This document shows, in pieces, positions 1 through 13,439 of a stretch of DNA of 64,000 nt. A program made the translations under genes and the position numbers. How positions within the stretch are numbered: the stretch's first letter is position 1; every line of letters starts with the position of its first letter. The notes under the pieces are model-generated. The model did no database searches. It was given only the letters and a program-made list of their open reading frames with translations, and was not told the origin of the DNA. The stretch lies in contig MNCI01000996.1 of assembly GCA_015680685.1 (NCBI GenBank), positions 63,371 through 127,370 on the forward strand, written 5' to 3'. This stretch comes from Gnetum montanum. Taxonomy: Eukaryota > Plantae > Gnetophyta.

Positions 1-219
1 AAAGTTGGCTGAATCTCTTTAAAGTAAAGTCATTTGTAGTTCACACACAACGAAATTGTCACATTTCATACAACCGCACGCCGCAACAGCACACACACAT
101 ACTCACATTAGCTACTGAGTTATTTGGAGGTATCTGGGCCTTGGTGTTGCCAGAGACCAGCGGGCACCTAAATCCTGTTCGAGGACACTCGTTGGCGGTC
201 GCGTCCCAAACGGTCGCCA
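1..219 (-). repeat. Copy A of a CpG-rich block ending in a PBS-like motif (runs off the left edge); copy B at 53619-53837
   Basis: About 11 substitutions and 2 single-base indels over 219 bp (~94%) versus 53619-53837. Both copies end at GTCCCAAACGGTCGCCA (minus strand TGGCGACCGTTTGGGAC) and diverge immediately afterwards. Confidence 0.9.
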
Positions 220-737
220 CATTGACCATATTTACTATAAGTAGTAGAAGATGAAAAGCATATATTAACTAAATCCAAAATTGATTTGCCAAGAATTTAT
301 TTTCATGTTGGAAAAAATCAAAACTAGTGTTCTTGTTATAGTATCTATTTAGCCTAGAATTTTGTGTTGGTAATATAGTAGAGCTATTACATATCCAAAA
401 TAATCTATGTGAAAAATTTCTTCTCTTGGCTTAGTGTTATTGGCCCAACCATTACACATATCCACAATATTTCTTGGGAAAAAGGTTTTTTTTTTTGTTG
501 GTCAAGCATTATAATGATAACTATTTATGTTTGACCATAAAGTCTAGCCAACTAGTCTCTTAGCCAAAAGTAATAATTTTCATGAAACAGTTCATTTCTT
601 GGCTTAACATTATAATGATAATTAATTTTTCTTGTAACAAAGTTCAAGCCTATTGGCCAAAATGGCAATAATTATTTGTTTATTTTAACAAAATTTAGAC
701 CAATTGGTAGTTGGCCTTTTGACCAAAATAACCTTAC

Positions 738-1756
738 TGATGAGTGGTGAGTATGCCCAATGTATAAGTATATAATCTACAACCATCATAGTAGACTATG
801 TCATAATCCATGAAAGGGAAGGATTGTATGTCTAGGAGTAGCATAGGTAGATTAAAGGCCATTGTCTTCCCAATCATATTTTTAGTGACTTATAATGTAT
901 TTTTAAACATGACTAATCATTGATGATATTGTTTGATCCATGATTATAATTCTATATAAAACCAGTGAAATTATATCTCATTGTCTAATTTACTAATTAA
1001 CTAAGAGTAAAAAATAAATCCTATTATAGACTTAGAGCAATGGGTATCTTTCAAACTTATTTTATAACCTTTGTATGCACTAGAATATCATGCTCATGAT
1101 CATTCCTTTTAATTTGTTTATTTTTGCATAAGCTCATGTCTCGTTTTCTACTTGATCTTTCAATCTTTTAGATGCCATCTGCATTAAGGACTCCCAGATG
1201 AATGAGTTAACACTTTCATTCTCATAATAATTTCTTGTTCTTTTTAGATAAGACCATAAATAAAATGCAATTTTTCATTTTATGGAATCCTCAAATATCA
1301 AATTTATCTTTATGTTTCTTAATTTGAAAATCCATACTATCTCCTTCTCTAAGAAAAATTCACAACATTGGTGTGAGTTAGTGTAAGTCATATAAAGTAT
1401 GATATTGATGTCCATAGTGTAAGATTTTGAAAGGAAAAATTAAAAAATTTTAAGATCAAAATAAGTAACTTAGGACCTTGAGACATTTTTGATGAAAATG
1501 ACACTCATAGACATCTAAGTAGTTTAATGTCAATAAAAAATAAAAATAAAAAATTATAATAATTTGCACATATTTGTAACATATTTTCATAACATGGAAA
1601 TATTGATTGATAATAATTTAGTAAGGTTGAAAAATATGAAAGAAAAGGAGAAGCATGGCATGAGGTACTATGCCTATAGATATAATGTGCCTTATGTGTA
1701 AAGCACGATTAATGTGAATCAACTTATCCTTCAATCTAGACTCGAGACCAAGTCAT
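738..1756 (-). mobile_element. Very degenerate LTR related to the Athila-like TGATGAGTGG family
   Basis: Starts TGATGAGTGGTGAG like the LTRs at 1891 and 58252, with patchy downstream similarity. The right end is uncertain. Confidence 0.3.
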
Positions 1757-1890
1757 ACATTTTTCAATGACATAGGATTATATCCTTCTTAAGACTACCA
1801 TCTAAGGAGCAATTGAAAAATTAATATAGCTACAAGACTAATTTGTTAATTTGTTATGGGAAATAAAATGAAGAGTATTAACTTAATAGT

Positions 1891-2650
1891 TGATGAGTGG
1901 CGAGGTACCCCTACACTCAACCATACGAATACAAGCGTCTCACGTGCGATCCGGTCAAACTCCAAGGACTAAGTGCTTACACGCCTTAATAGAACACTTA
2001 AGGTTAATCAATCGTTGTCCTCCCAAACTTACTTGTATTGTCACGGTTGTATGGTTAAGTAAGTTTGAGGTATGTGATTGTTATAACTTTTATCTTTTTA
2101 ACGCCTATTCTAATAGGGAAAGGTGAAGAGAACTAAATGACTAAATTTCATTAACTAATTACTAACTAAGTTCTAATTATCCTAGCATCAGTATCCGTTC
2201 CCACTTGCCACACACACCCTGAACCAGTGCAACGCTACTGGGATTACCAAACGCTACTCGTTATTGGGTTACCAAGCATTACACACGTGCTCGAAGTGGT
2301 TGTACTAAATGCACTTAACTAGGAGAGTCAAGGGTTGAGAGAGATTGATTATCTAGGAAAGCATTTAAACATTTAATAATAATTAAATCCTATATAGCTT
2401 AGTCCATATGCTGCAAGGTTTATCAGAAAGTTCGTCTTTATTGTCGTACACAAATGTGTGCTCAGGTACAATTTCATTGAATAAAGATCCATTCACTTTG
2501 AGACTCCTACTGTGGACACATGGAAATTATTCTAACTCTGGAATGGTAAAACTACTATAGTTTGGCTAAGGGACTAACTTTAGATGCATGAACAAGGGAA
2601 AACTATCTCTTATTTATAGACAAGTCGGCGGGACGTGATATCATGTATCA
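1891..2650 (-). mobile_element. Solo LTR, Athila-like Ty3/gypsy family
   Basis: TG..CA termini (TGATGAGT..GTATCA), perfect 5-bp TSD ATAGT (1886-1890, 2651-2655), colinear with the 3' LTR at 58252-59120. Confidence 0.9.
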
Positions 2651-2689
2651 ATAGTTAATTAATTAAAATTTTATCTTAGATCATTGATT

Positions 2690-3190
2690 AGTTGTGCACC
2701 TTCAAGCATGAATCACATGCATTTTTAACTATATGACCAATGCTAGTCTTACTAGAGGAGTATCTTCATACATGGGTCACATGCCTTTCTAGTCATATGT
2801 TAAGGCTAGTTCCAAGTATGGGTCTTGGCTTGGTGACCCTAGGTTATAGGTTCAATTCTATTAGGTAGCACTAAGTTATATGCTTCTATAAATCTTGGGG
2901 GTGTATTTGTGCTTCAATTATTTTTGGTTTCAAAACCTCCCATATGTTGAGGCTAGTTCCAAGATATTTTATTAATAGAGGTATATCTTTAGACATGAGT
3001 CACATGTCCTTATAGTGACATATCAAGACTAGTTAAATTCATGAATTAATCAATTCTTTTATTAATATTTTTTAAGGATCTAAAACCCCCTTCCCCCACC
3101 CACAATTAGTACAAATTAATCAATTCTTTTACTTAGTAAAGGTCTACCTTTAGACATGGATTACATAGCTTTCTAGTAGCTTACCAAGTG
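2690..3190. repeat. Degenerate short-unit array with core GACATGGGTCACATGTCTTTCTAGT; second array at 19905-20200
   Basis: Core variants near 2706, 2770, 2991 and 3153, and again near 19916, 19996, 20078 and 20178. Confidence 0.7.
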
Positions 3191-3218
3191 GGGTCAATTT
3201 TAATATTTATTAATAATG

Positions 3219-3370
3219 AGGTGTTAGCCTAGTGGTAAGACACCTAATCTAGATGTACTAGGTCATGAGTTCAATTCTAGTGGGCAATGCTAAGTTACAT
3301 AAAGTCCCAAGTGGACCATATATCTTAGGGTGTACCTATGCTTCACTTATTTTAGGTTCCAACATCCAAA
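3219..3370 (+). mobile_element. tRNA-derived SINE-like element (degenerate)
   Basis: A-box TAGCCTAGTGG (3225-3235) and B-box-like GAGTTCAATTC (3267-3277) at tRNA spacing. The body recurs at ~2826-2940 and ~56367-56455. No cloverleaf or anticodon arm is evident. Confidence 0.5.
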
Positions 3371-3755
3371 TTTTAAGATATAGTATCCTTTTTATTTATT
3401 CTTTTAGTCTAGGTATCTATGTGGTAAAACAATGGATCCTAGGATGGTATCTTGGAGAGTCAACAAATTCCTTGATGTCATATCCTTGTCCATGATTTCT
3501 TGGTTATTTCTCCTTCTTTTTGACTTTTGTAATTGTGAAGTTCATTAAATTTTTTAGGATGAAATGACTGCATTCTACTAATGAAAATAATCTCTTATTA
3601 ATGAAAAATATAGTGGCAATTAAAGTGGTCTCATTGATCATTATAAATGTAATACTTCTAGTAGAAAATATGGAATGGATTGATGCATGCAACTTCATGA
3701 TGTCCACTTGCAAAACCATGCATATCATGTTAAAACAAAAAAATAAAAATATAAT

Positions 3756-4627
3756 TGATGAATCACAATTTGTGAGGCCCCGATATTGGGTATCTGATAT
3801 CGAGTACAAGATATCGGGTACCCGATATCTCAGCCTGGATATGATATCATATACACGATATTGTGATACCTGTGTTGGCCTATAAATACAACACTCAGGC
3901 AGACAGGAAGAAGTCTTTGGCTAGTAAGTCTTAGGGTAGAGTCTTTTTGTCAGTTTTCAATTCCTTTTCCTAGTGCATGCTCGCAGTGTGATGCTTGTAA
4001 TTGTATGGAACCTTTGTTCAAGTGTGACGTACTTGGACACGCACACGATTGACAATAAATATCGAGATTACTCCATCACTGTAGCATTCACTTAAGCTTT
4101 TAATTACTTTAATTTTTAATTATTTATTGTTGTATTTTTAGTTCATATTTTCTTTATTGTCAGTTACACTTCTTGTTGATTAATGTGGAATGAGTATGAC
4201 TTAATCACGAACATTTAAGTGTAACTACTTGGTAACCCAGTAGCGTATCTAGGAGTGCTCAAGTAATGTGTGCTTGGTAATCCCAGAAGTAGTACATGAG
4301 GTCCAAGATGCATATGGATGCTTAAGGATAGATGCTCATCACACTTAGGCTAGTTTAGATTTTATTTTCCATTGTTTATTAGTTGAATTAATATTATTTT
4401 CCATTTTTTCTAGGAGTAGCCTAGTGTTAGGAATTACATCATACACCTCACTTTGGACTAAACCATACATGACAAAGAAAATACTAGTCTAGGTGGGAAG
4501 ACAATGAACTATGATCAATGTATAACTATCTCGGTGCCACAATTAGTCTGTCCACGGAGTTCGACCGAATCGCACGTACATGCTCATATTCGTATGATTG
4601 AGCATAGGGGTACCTCGTCACTCATCA
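3756..4627 (+). mobile_element. Solo LTR, Athila-like family (opposite orientation)
   Basis: TGATGAATC..CACTCATCA termini, perfect TSD ATAAT (3751-3755, 4628-4632), reverse-complement similarity to 1891-2650 and 58252-59120. Confidence 0.9.
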
Positions 4628-4649
4628 ATAATTGAAGTACTAATATTAA

Positions 4650-7600
4650 GACTATAAAAAAAATAAAAAAGACATGGCAATAAATACATGCATGAACCAC
4701 ATTTATAGCATTATTTGGTTAGTATCTTAGTTGAAATATTATTTGAACATAATGAAGATTTGTCCATGTAGTCCTAACAATAAGAGCATACTTATCGCAC
4801 TTAGATCCAAACCTAGGTAAGAAGGGGATGCATAAGCACTCCTATGTTGATGCATGGATGTTAGCATATCCTCTTGCTAGAACACCAAGTAGTAGGTATA
4901 GATGAAACTTGGGACCCAACGAAACATGTTGAAAGAATATCAAGGTGTTTGAACTAGGTTGAAAATATCCTAAAGAGCTTGAAACATGCATACAACTGAA
5001 AAGTGTGATATAAGAGCCAAGGATGCATTTCTGGAAAATACAAACCTTAATAAAATATGCTAGAACTACAAATATAGGGTGTGTGAAATACTTCTTGAGT
5101 CCAAGCCTTATAATGAACTTAGAAAATGTCATCAAATAACTGATTAGTATAGTTGAAGACAAAGATAAAGGAAAGAAAAAATACATATAAATGAACTACT
5201 ACCAACAAAAAGGAAAAGTAGGTAAAATTGAAGAGGTTGTAGAATCTAATTCAAATAATGATGGTTGTGACATTTTTCAATATGAACATTCAATAGGTTA
5301 TTTTCAAGTGATGTTACATATTTAAGAGTCCAGGGCTTATGGATTATATCCAAAATTGATCAAAAAGCAAGCACCTCAAAGGTTTCCATATCCACAAATT
5401 AACTATCAAGAACCCTATCAACATAACAATACTATTGTAGTGGAGCTCTACCTCAACCTTGGAAGTACTACTAGTAGTAAAAGTAAAACCCAAAATTGTA
5501 AGAGATGCTACCATCTAGATAATAATATTCCTACAAGTAACTAGATTCTTATAGATATTATGTCTTGTAGCTTATTTTTCCAAGTGGATCTACCACTCAA
5601 AATCCTATCCATCATTATTACACTCTAGATTATGATAGATCTTCCACTTCATAGTTTCAATCTCCATCATATGCTCTTCATTCTCATCATCATTAGAACA
5701 TCCAACTATATTCTTCTACCCTTTGTCACTTGCTTCACCTATGAAAGGTAAGATACCTTCTTAACCATGATAAGGAAATTCTATCCAAGATGTAAAATTG
5801 CAAGTAGATGATAGTTTAATTAGTTATGATTGGAAATTGTAGAAGCACCCTTTCTTTAGACCTACTAGTCCACCTAAGCCCATTCAAGCGTCTATGGATA
5901 TGGATCCTATACTAGCCATCTTTTATATCCTTGAAGAGTTACTTTCAAACTAAAGTAACAATATCCACACCATGATGACGACTCATATTATAATTGATAA
6001 GATAAAGGTAGGGGACCTTTATAGGAAGTAAACCAATCTTGAAAGTCTCTTTCTTTATTTTTAGATTGCAGGAAATGCACCATGTAAGGCTCTACTAGAT
6101 TCATGTTTTGGAGTAAATCTAATATATTAAGAAATGAAAAATGTTTGGAACCTATCTTTTCTAAAGAAGTACAATATCATATTATAGTTTATAGATTAAT
6201 CCATCACTATTACCTTTAGATTGGTGAGGCAAATTATAATCACCATCAGTGGATAATTATATCTTACTAATTTCCTTATGATTCATGTGGACAACTACAA
6301 GGAAAATTTTCTTATCTCTATTGAAAGATCTTGGTTGAGCATCATTGATGTCAAGCTAGGAATCAAAGACTTGTCCCTGAAAATTTCTAAGAAAAATGAG
6401 CATGAAGTCATCATGAAGAAGCATATTTCATGCATAATGTATAGTAATAGAAAGTGCAACTACAACTAGAATGTTTGGACCATTAGCCAAAAAAAAAAAA
6501 AAAAAAAAAAAAAACATGACAACATGCAATACATATGAAGAAGAAGTGTGTGTCTAGAGGTACCTATATGTAGTAGCCAAAAAGTAAGAAGGCACCAAGT
6601 CACTGATGGTAGAAGAAAGTTATAGTTCTACAATGTGCATGGAACCACCAAAAGCTTTTACTATCTTATATGTTGAGAAGTTGCATGAGGTGGAGGGCAT
6701 AAAGTAGTAACTCTTTGAAGTAGCACATGTGCAACAAGAAGAAGATATTAATGAGGGAAGTTAGATATTCTAGAAGAACTTGTACGTAAATCATTAGAGC
6801 TAAAAAAAATTATTGGAATTACTAGATTATGTTTTTCTTAATAAGAGCAAGCCAATAATAATCAGTGTAGAGTTAACAAAGGAATAGAAGTGGAAGCTCT
6901 TGAAAGTTGTAAATAAATGACCTATATTTTTTGTATGGTTCTATGATAAAATTACAAGAATTGATCTTTGTATATGCCAACATCACATATGCATGGATCC
7001 TATAATGAAGCCTAGGCACCAACCATAGTACAAGCTAAACCCAAGGCTAAAGCAAGTAGTCAAGAAGAAAATTAGGAAACTCTTGAAGGCTACGTTCATA
7101 TATGCTATTATGGATAGCAAGTGAGTAAGTCCACTAGTAATTTTACTAAAGAGAGAAGACCAGTGATGAATATACATTGATTTCTATTTATTGAACATGG
7201 AAATGTTCAAGGATTAATTATCATTATCATTTGTTAATTAGGTTCTTAACACAATTGTAGGCCATAAGTATTACAACTTCTTGGGTGATTATAGTGGATA
7301 TAACCAAATTTAAATTATATTAGAACAAAAAATACAAATAATATTCACAAGTACCTATGGGACTTTTACATACAAGAAGATGTCATTTAGCTTGTGTAAT
7401 GTACCTACTACTTTTTGGTGCATGGTCTTGACATCTTTTAAATGTAGATTTGGATGGTATTAAAGTCTTCATGGATGAATTCTTTACTTATGACTCTAGC
7501 TTTGAACAAGTGTTGGATCAATTAGAGTAAGCATTAAATAGGTGTGTTGAAATAAACCTAAAATTTAACTAGTAGAAAAGCCACATCATGGTTCAAAAAG

Positions 7601-8140
7601 GCATAATATTAGAGCATAAGATCTTTAAAAAAGGCATTGAAATAGATCTATAGAAGATTAATTTTATCCAAGTAATCACATATAAACATCAAATATTAAA
7701 GGATGTGAGGTCATTCCTTAGACATATAGGATACTATAAATACTTCATTGAGAATTTTTTTAAGGATTACTAAGCCATTGGTAAAACTTATGAAAAAGGA
7801 TTCATCTTTTGTCTAGATGGAAAATTATGACAAGGCTTTTAAACTTCTCAAATAGAATCTTGTAGATACTAGATTGATCTAGACCATTTTACAACATGAC
7901 TATTGCATTCAACTATGCCTTGAAGCCATGCTCATATAGATGTATGATAAAACACATTCAAACTATATTCATTATGCGAGTAGAAGCATTGCTAGTGCAC
8001 AACTAAACTACACCACAATAGAAAAGGAGTTTATGGTAATGGTGTATGCTCTTGAAAAATTTTTGATACTATGTGCTTACAAATTCAATCTTTATGCATA
8101 TTGATCAAATTGTAATTTTTTTTTAATGAATAATCCAATG
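4650..8140 (+). pseudogene. pol: Athila-like Ty3/gypsy gag-PR-RT-RNaseH remnant
   Basis: PR KALLDSCFGVNL (~6086), RT YKLNPRLKQVVKKKIRKLLKA..DSK*VSPL (~7030), GHKYYNFLGDYSGYNQI (~7260), VFMDEF (~7465), RNase H YASRSIASAQLNYTTIEKEF..YALEKF (~7973). Many stops and frameshifts. Confidence 0.88.
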
Positions 8141-8159
8141 ATGCCCTTAGATCACTTAA

Positions 8160-11100
8160 TGATTGGTGATATTATAATAGTTCAACTAAGTCATTAATCA
8201 CATGGTGCCATAAATGTGGTGGATTCATGCATTTATATAAGATTTTATTGTTACTACATAAACATTGATGTGTAAACAAAGAGGTTCCGACATTAACATT
8301 AATGCATTGATGAAGTTGACTAACTCACTATTTATCATGCCCCATGATTGACTAAAGACTCATCTTTAAGTTAGAAAAATTGAAAAAATTATTTACAAAA
8401 TATGGGAATTGACTTGACTAATTAGAGCATCACATTACAAAACTTATTTTAGTGATTTACATTTGACAAAAATATTACATGAAAAAATTATAAACACATT
8501 CTCCTTACAAGTCTAATACAAAGAACTACAAGAAAAAAAACCAATCTTAAGGCATATACCTTAAGTAGTACTTAGTGGTGATAGCTCATGTGGTTGCTCC
8601 TCTAATAAGCTAGGCAACAAAATATTTTTTTTCAGTGTTGAACAAATTCACTGTATCCCTTAGCCCCTAATATTCAAACATTCTCTTAGCTAAGCCCTCT
8701 GCCACATCTCTTTGATTTATGATTTTTACCTTAAGAAATAAAATTTTCATACTTATAGTTTGTAGTGTTTGGAATGCTTCATAATAGAGATTATGGTTTT
8801 TTTCATATATTAATATGAACTAGCCACTTATTTTTTCAACTTTTCATGGGATTAATTAGTATTAACATTGTAGTGGTTTCATAACATAGGTTGGTGAGCT
8901 TCATGCATTCAGTCATCTTCTTAGTTTGTAACTCCTTCATTCTAATCTTAACTTGACTATAGGCATTAAGACCATCAACGATGGCTTGCCATGTTTCCTC
9001 TTGGTGTTGATGAAGGGCTTGATTGACTATTACCTTTGTTAATTGAATCTCTTCTTTCCTACCCACTTATTCTATATAGCGATTTTTAATCTTTTCATAT
9101 GTTAAAATATTCATTCTTCCAAGTGGTGATCTTGATGGATACTTTTAGCTAAAAATTATAATTTCCTTCATTGAGAGATTATGATTTTTGGTTTCCAACC
9201 TATGTATGTACACATTAACGTTTGTTAATTTCTCTTGGAAGCTCTTGAGCTATTATTTTATTTGTTCATTCTACTTTTTCACATTTAGCAAACTATAGTT
9301 ATTTTACTAGCTCTTGATTCCCATTTTGCATCATGGTGAGATTCATGTTTGATCCATTTAATATTTATTTTATTAAGGATGCATCCTAGGTGATCTTGTA
9401 CTTTTCAATCTTCACATGTTTCTACTTAGCATTTAACTTCTCAAAGACTTCATCTCTTATGAGGCCAACTTGGTGGATGAAAGCATTTGATAAGCAAACA
9501 TGGAGTTATGAAACTTCATTTATTAACTATTGATCTATTGTATTCACCTCATATAGTTGTCTTTTGGAAATAGCAAGCTTGGCTTGTATCTTAACAAGTG
9601 TGAATTGTGTTGCTATGATGTCTTCAGGAATGTTGAGGACATCTAGAATTGATGGTCTAGCTTCTAGCATTCTCTTTAACACATCATCATGTTGGGTTAT
9701 ATTGTTGTTTCATGAAATCATTCTTGCAAAAATTTACATGTCTAAAATTATAGTGAAATTTGAAATTAATATTGGAAGAACCTTGAATAGTTTGCTAATT
9801 CTATTGGCCATAACTTTTACAATTGTTTCTTGCCCTTTTTTAAACATGATCACCATTGTGGCTCAATCCTCTTTTTCAAGCATCATAAAGAAGGTTGCAA
9901 AATTCCATTAGATATGTGATAATTATTCAATAGATTGGAATATTATAGCTTTTCTTGTGGCAAGGTTCAATTAGATGGTGGATTGTCTTCTTTGTGTAGT
10001 GAAGATATTGAATAGATCATTATGTTATCACCTAATAATTTGTGTAACTTCATCAAGACAGATCATGATAGGATGGTAGTCTTCTAAACCTCCAATAGGT
10101 GCTTAATGAGATACTTCTAGTTTCACAGTCCTTACTTTAGTTTGAAGTATTTGTTACTACTCTAGTGTTAGATGATGGAGGTGGAACCTCCTCTTGAAGC
10201 ATAAGTGATGGTCTATTCTTCATCATTTCTTGCTAGGATGTGACAGTGGCTCTTCAAAGAACATTGTTTAAATACTTTGTTCTTCTCCAAAGTTTCTTGA
10301 TCAAACATGAAAGGAGAAACATCTTATTAATATTTTTGTTGTTGTTTTTGCATATTTTTATCTCTAATAAGATAAATTATGTCAAGTGAATTGGGAATCA
10401 TCCACCAAATGCTAGGTAGGCCCTCATCAAGAAAAATGTGATCTTACTTGGTCATACCATTGGATTAAGATGGTATGACACAATCTTGAAGTGGATCCTT
10501 TTGGATTGAATGTATTCTTTCTTATTTATCACATAGCATTACTACATCCACTCATTCTTTATATCTTGATCTAACTGAATGGAAACCTTTGCAACCTTAA
10601 TTCCCATATTTGGAATCCCTAGGGCTTCTACAATAACCTTTACCAAATAAAAAATTGTGATATCTTTGATCTTGATCATTACATCTTATTAGTGGTTATT
10701 CTAGATGAGATGTATTTTCCAACATTCCATGTTTCTAACCTCTAATTTATGTTTATCTATCTTCTATTAACTTATGACTTGACTTATGTATTTTATTAAA
10801 CTATTTATGCTTCTTGGGGATTTGATCTCATAACCTTCCTAAGTAATTTTAATTGTGCATTATCTTTTATAAGACCTTGTAATATTTAATGAATCTTATA
10901 TTTAAGTATTACTTATAATAGATTATAAATTATTTTATAAATATTCTTATTTGAATTATTATTTTTGGAAACATTTAGTATCTTTTTATAAAACATGATT
11001 TTATTTAGCCTTTTGGTTTTATATTTAGAAATTACTAATCTTTTGGTATTTTCTTCCTACGAATAGGTTGGAAGGAGAGTGGCACATGATGTGAACTAGT
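8160..11100 (-). mobile_element. Truncated pol-less Athila-like remnant (gag fragment, 3' accessory ORF, PPT and LTR stub)
   Basis: LTR end plus PPT-like TTATCA|TGCCCCATGA at ~8331-8347. ORF 8836-9066 (EIQL..WQAIVDGLNAY..KELQ) is homologous to 25715-26100. Gag-like similarity to 29700-30200 lies at ~10350-10700. Confidence 0.65.
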
Positions 11101-11801
11101 AATTTAATATTATTAGGAAATATTATATTTTTATAAAATTTTCTCTTATTCTATTTCTTGCTCAAGTGGACTTTGACTTTTCAATATTCACTAGAATTTT
11201 AGCTAGCTTTTCTAATTATTATGGAATTTATCAAATGGATATTCTATTATGAACTATTATTTCTAAATCAACTTGAAAATCCTAGGATTGGGTATAAAGG
11301 TAGGATTATGTTTTACATGCATTCTTTGTCCATTCTTTTTAGGAAATTTCTCCCATTGATGATATCATTATTTTATTGGCATTTTAAGAGATATGATCTT
11401 GTATGTTGTAGGTTTTGAGCAATTGGTGAACTAAGGTCAATGGATAGGTTTCACTAATGGTCCCTTCTTTGGGTGATGTCCAAAAGGGATTCCAACTTGT
11501 GAAGATAGAGCAATTGGTTTTGAGCAATGATGTTTTCTTATGTCTCAAATTTATTCTATGTTATTACTTATGTTTCCAAGTGATGTAATCTCTTGTGATG
11601 ATGTAATCTTGTTAGATTTAGTTCTATAATTCTAATTTTGGCCTATGTTAATCCTATTTTTCTTGTAGTTTCTAACACATATATTGTGGCATTTTCTATC
11701 ATCACAATATATGGAATGTTTATCATGAATTTTGATGAAGATGACACTAGAGATTATAGGTCATGATTCCCAACCATGAATAAACTAAGGATTGGGAACT
11801 T

Positions 11802-11914
11802 GGGGGTGGGGTGTGGGGGGGTGTGTGGGGGTGCAGGCGTAGTTGGGGGGGTGGGGGGTGGAGGGGGATGGTGGGGGGGTGCATGGTGTGGGGAAAGGAA
11901 GAGGATGTAGGGGG
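11802..11914 (+). repeat. G-rich tract (G-quadruplex-forming potential) in the 3' LTR
   Basis: More than 8 runs of at least 3 G. The sister LTR has only AGAAGGGAGG (15783-15792) at this position. Confidence 0.85.
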
Positions 11915-13439
11915 TTGAATAAGTTATCTAGTTTAAGTGTTGTAGCAACAAAAAAAAAATAAAAAAAAATAAAAATACAAATTTTACATGGTTCCTCAAC
12001 TTGGGTAGGTTCATACTTAGAGGGTAGAATTTGTTCATACCTCTAGACTTTGTTGCTTTAGAAAATGTGGTTTGCGTGGCACCACAACCTCAACAAGATT
12101 TGAGCTCTACCATGGAGAGTTTCATTGTTGTGAAACTTGTCAATCCTGCAAGGTTTCAAAAAGCTCAAAATGTGATTTAAAGGATCCCAAAACCTTTACA
12201 AATGTGAGCTTTGCTTCAGAGTATTTTTTCATTGCAAAACCACTCAACCCTGCAAGGTCTTGACAAGATCAACAAAGATGCCTTCTCGCAAGAAGCACAT
12301 CCACCTTGTAGAGTTACATGAAAGATATAAAGAAAGATATAGAAAATAAAGTATAATTGAATTTACAAAGTTCTTGGAATGAATCCCATAAAAATATACA
12401 ACATGATAGTACAATGAAGGACAATCACATGTTTTCTTTTTATAGCCTTAAGTTGATGTTATAGTGACAGTACTTGCACAATTTCCAATATTCTTGCTTT
12501 GTCTTATGCTCTTTGGATTTCTAAAAACTCCTTAGAATTAATGCAACAACTAGTATAAATGTCTACTTGTAAGTTTAGATGTCTATCTGAGAATACCCCC
12601 AATGTAGGAGAGATGTCTACATGTACTGATAGACATCTATCCTCAAAGATAGACATCTACTATTTTTTCCAGACATCTACTATTGAGAAGCACTTTGAGA
12701 TATGAAGCATTTATTTGATCCTTGGGATTCTTAGCAGTCTTCAAAACATCTTCATTTGGCTTGTAGACTTCATTTCCATCCATGTTCTCATCTAGTCCAC
12801 TTAGTTTGCTTTTTGTCATCTCATTGTGGATCTTGTTTCTAAAGTCTCATATTTCCATGTGAAGTTCTTATTCATGGTCCTGCAAAATTATCATTACACA
12901 CATACATTCTACATTCTCCATTTTCTTTAAGGTTTTGATGTACTAAAAGGTCAACAATCTCCCCCTTTTTGGCGATGTTCAAAACTTAAGAAAATGGGTT
13001 AGTACATTTCATATCATATAAATTAAATGATAAACAATAAAAAAATTTAAGAATTATGAATTCCAATGATAGTAGAGGGTAATGTTGAAATAGGGATATA
13101 AAGGCTAAAGCCAATGAACTAAAGAAAAATTAATAACATCAAGGAGTCTTCATAAACTGTCCAAAGGCTAACCTATCTCGATAATATATCATGCTACCAA
13201 AAATATAGTTATCGATATAGATAAACATGATCTCTATCCATATAAGATCAAGAACAATAGAAATTGTTATGAGTTGCCCATCATTGGATACAAACAAGCC
13301 AAAAGGATCATAACATGATGCCCATATAAATATATCCATAACCATGTACAATCCATACAATCCAAAAATTCTCCCCCTTTTGGACATCACCCAAAGAAGG
13401 GACCATTAGTGAAACCTATCCATTGACCTTAGTAGCATC

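Noticed and set aside
170-192. Minus-strand resemblance to the plant U3 snoRNA 5' end (CTCGAACAGGAT)
   Set aside because: Boxes B, C and D and an upstream USE/TATA promoter are missing.
3219-3290. Functional tRNA gene
   Set aside because: No acceptor stem or cloverleaf could be formed, so it is treated as SINE-like.
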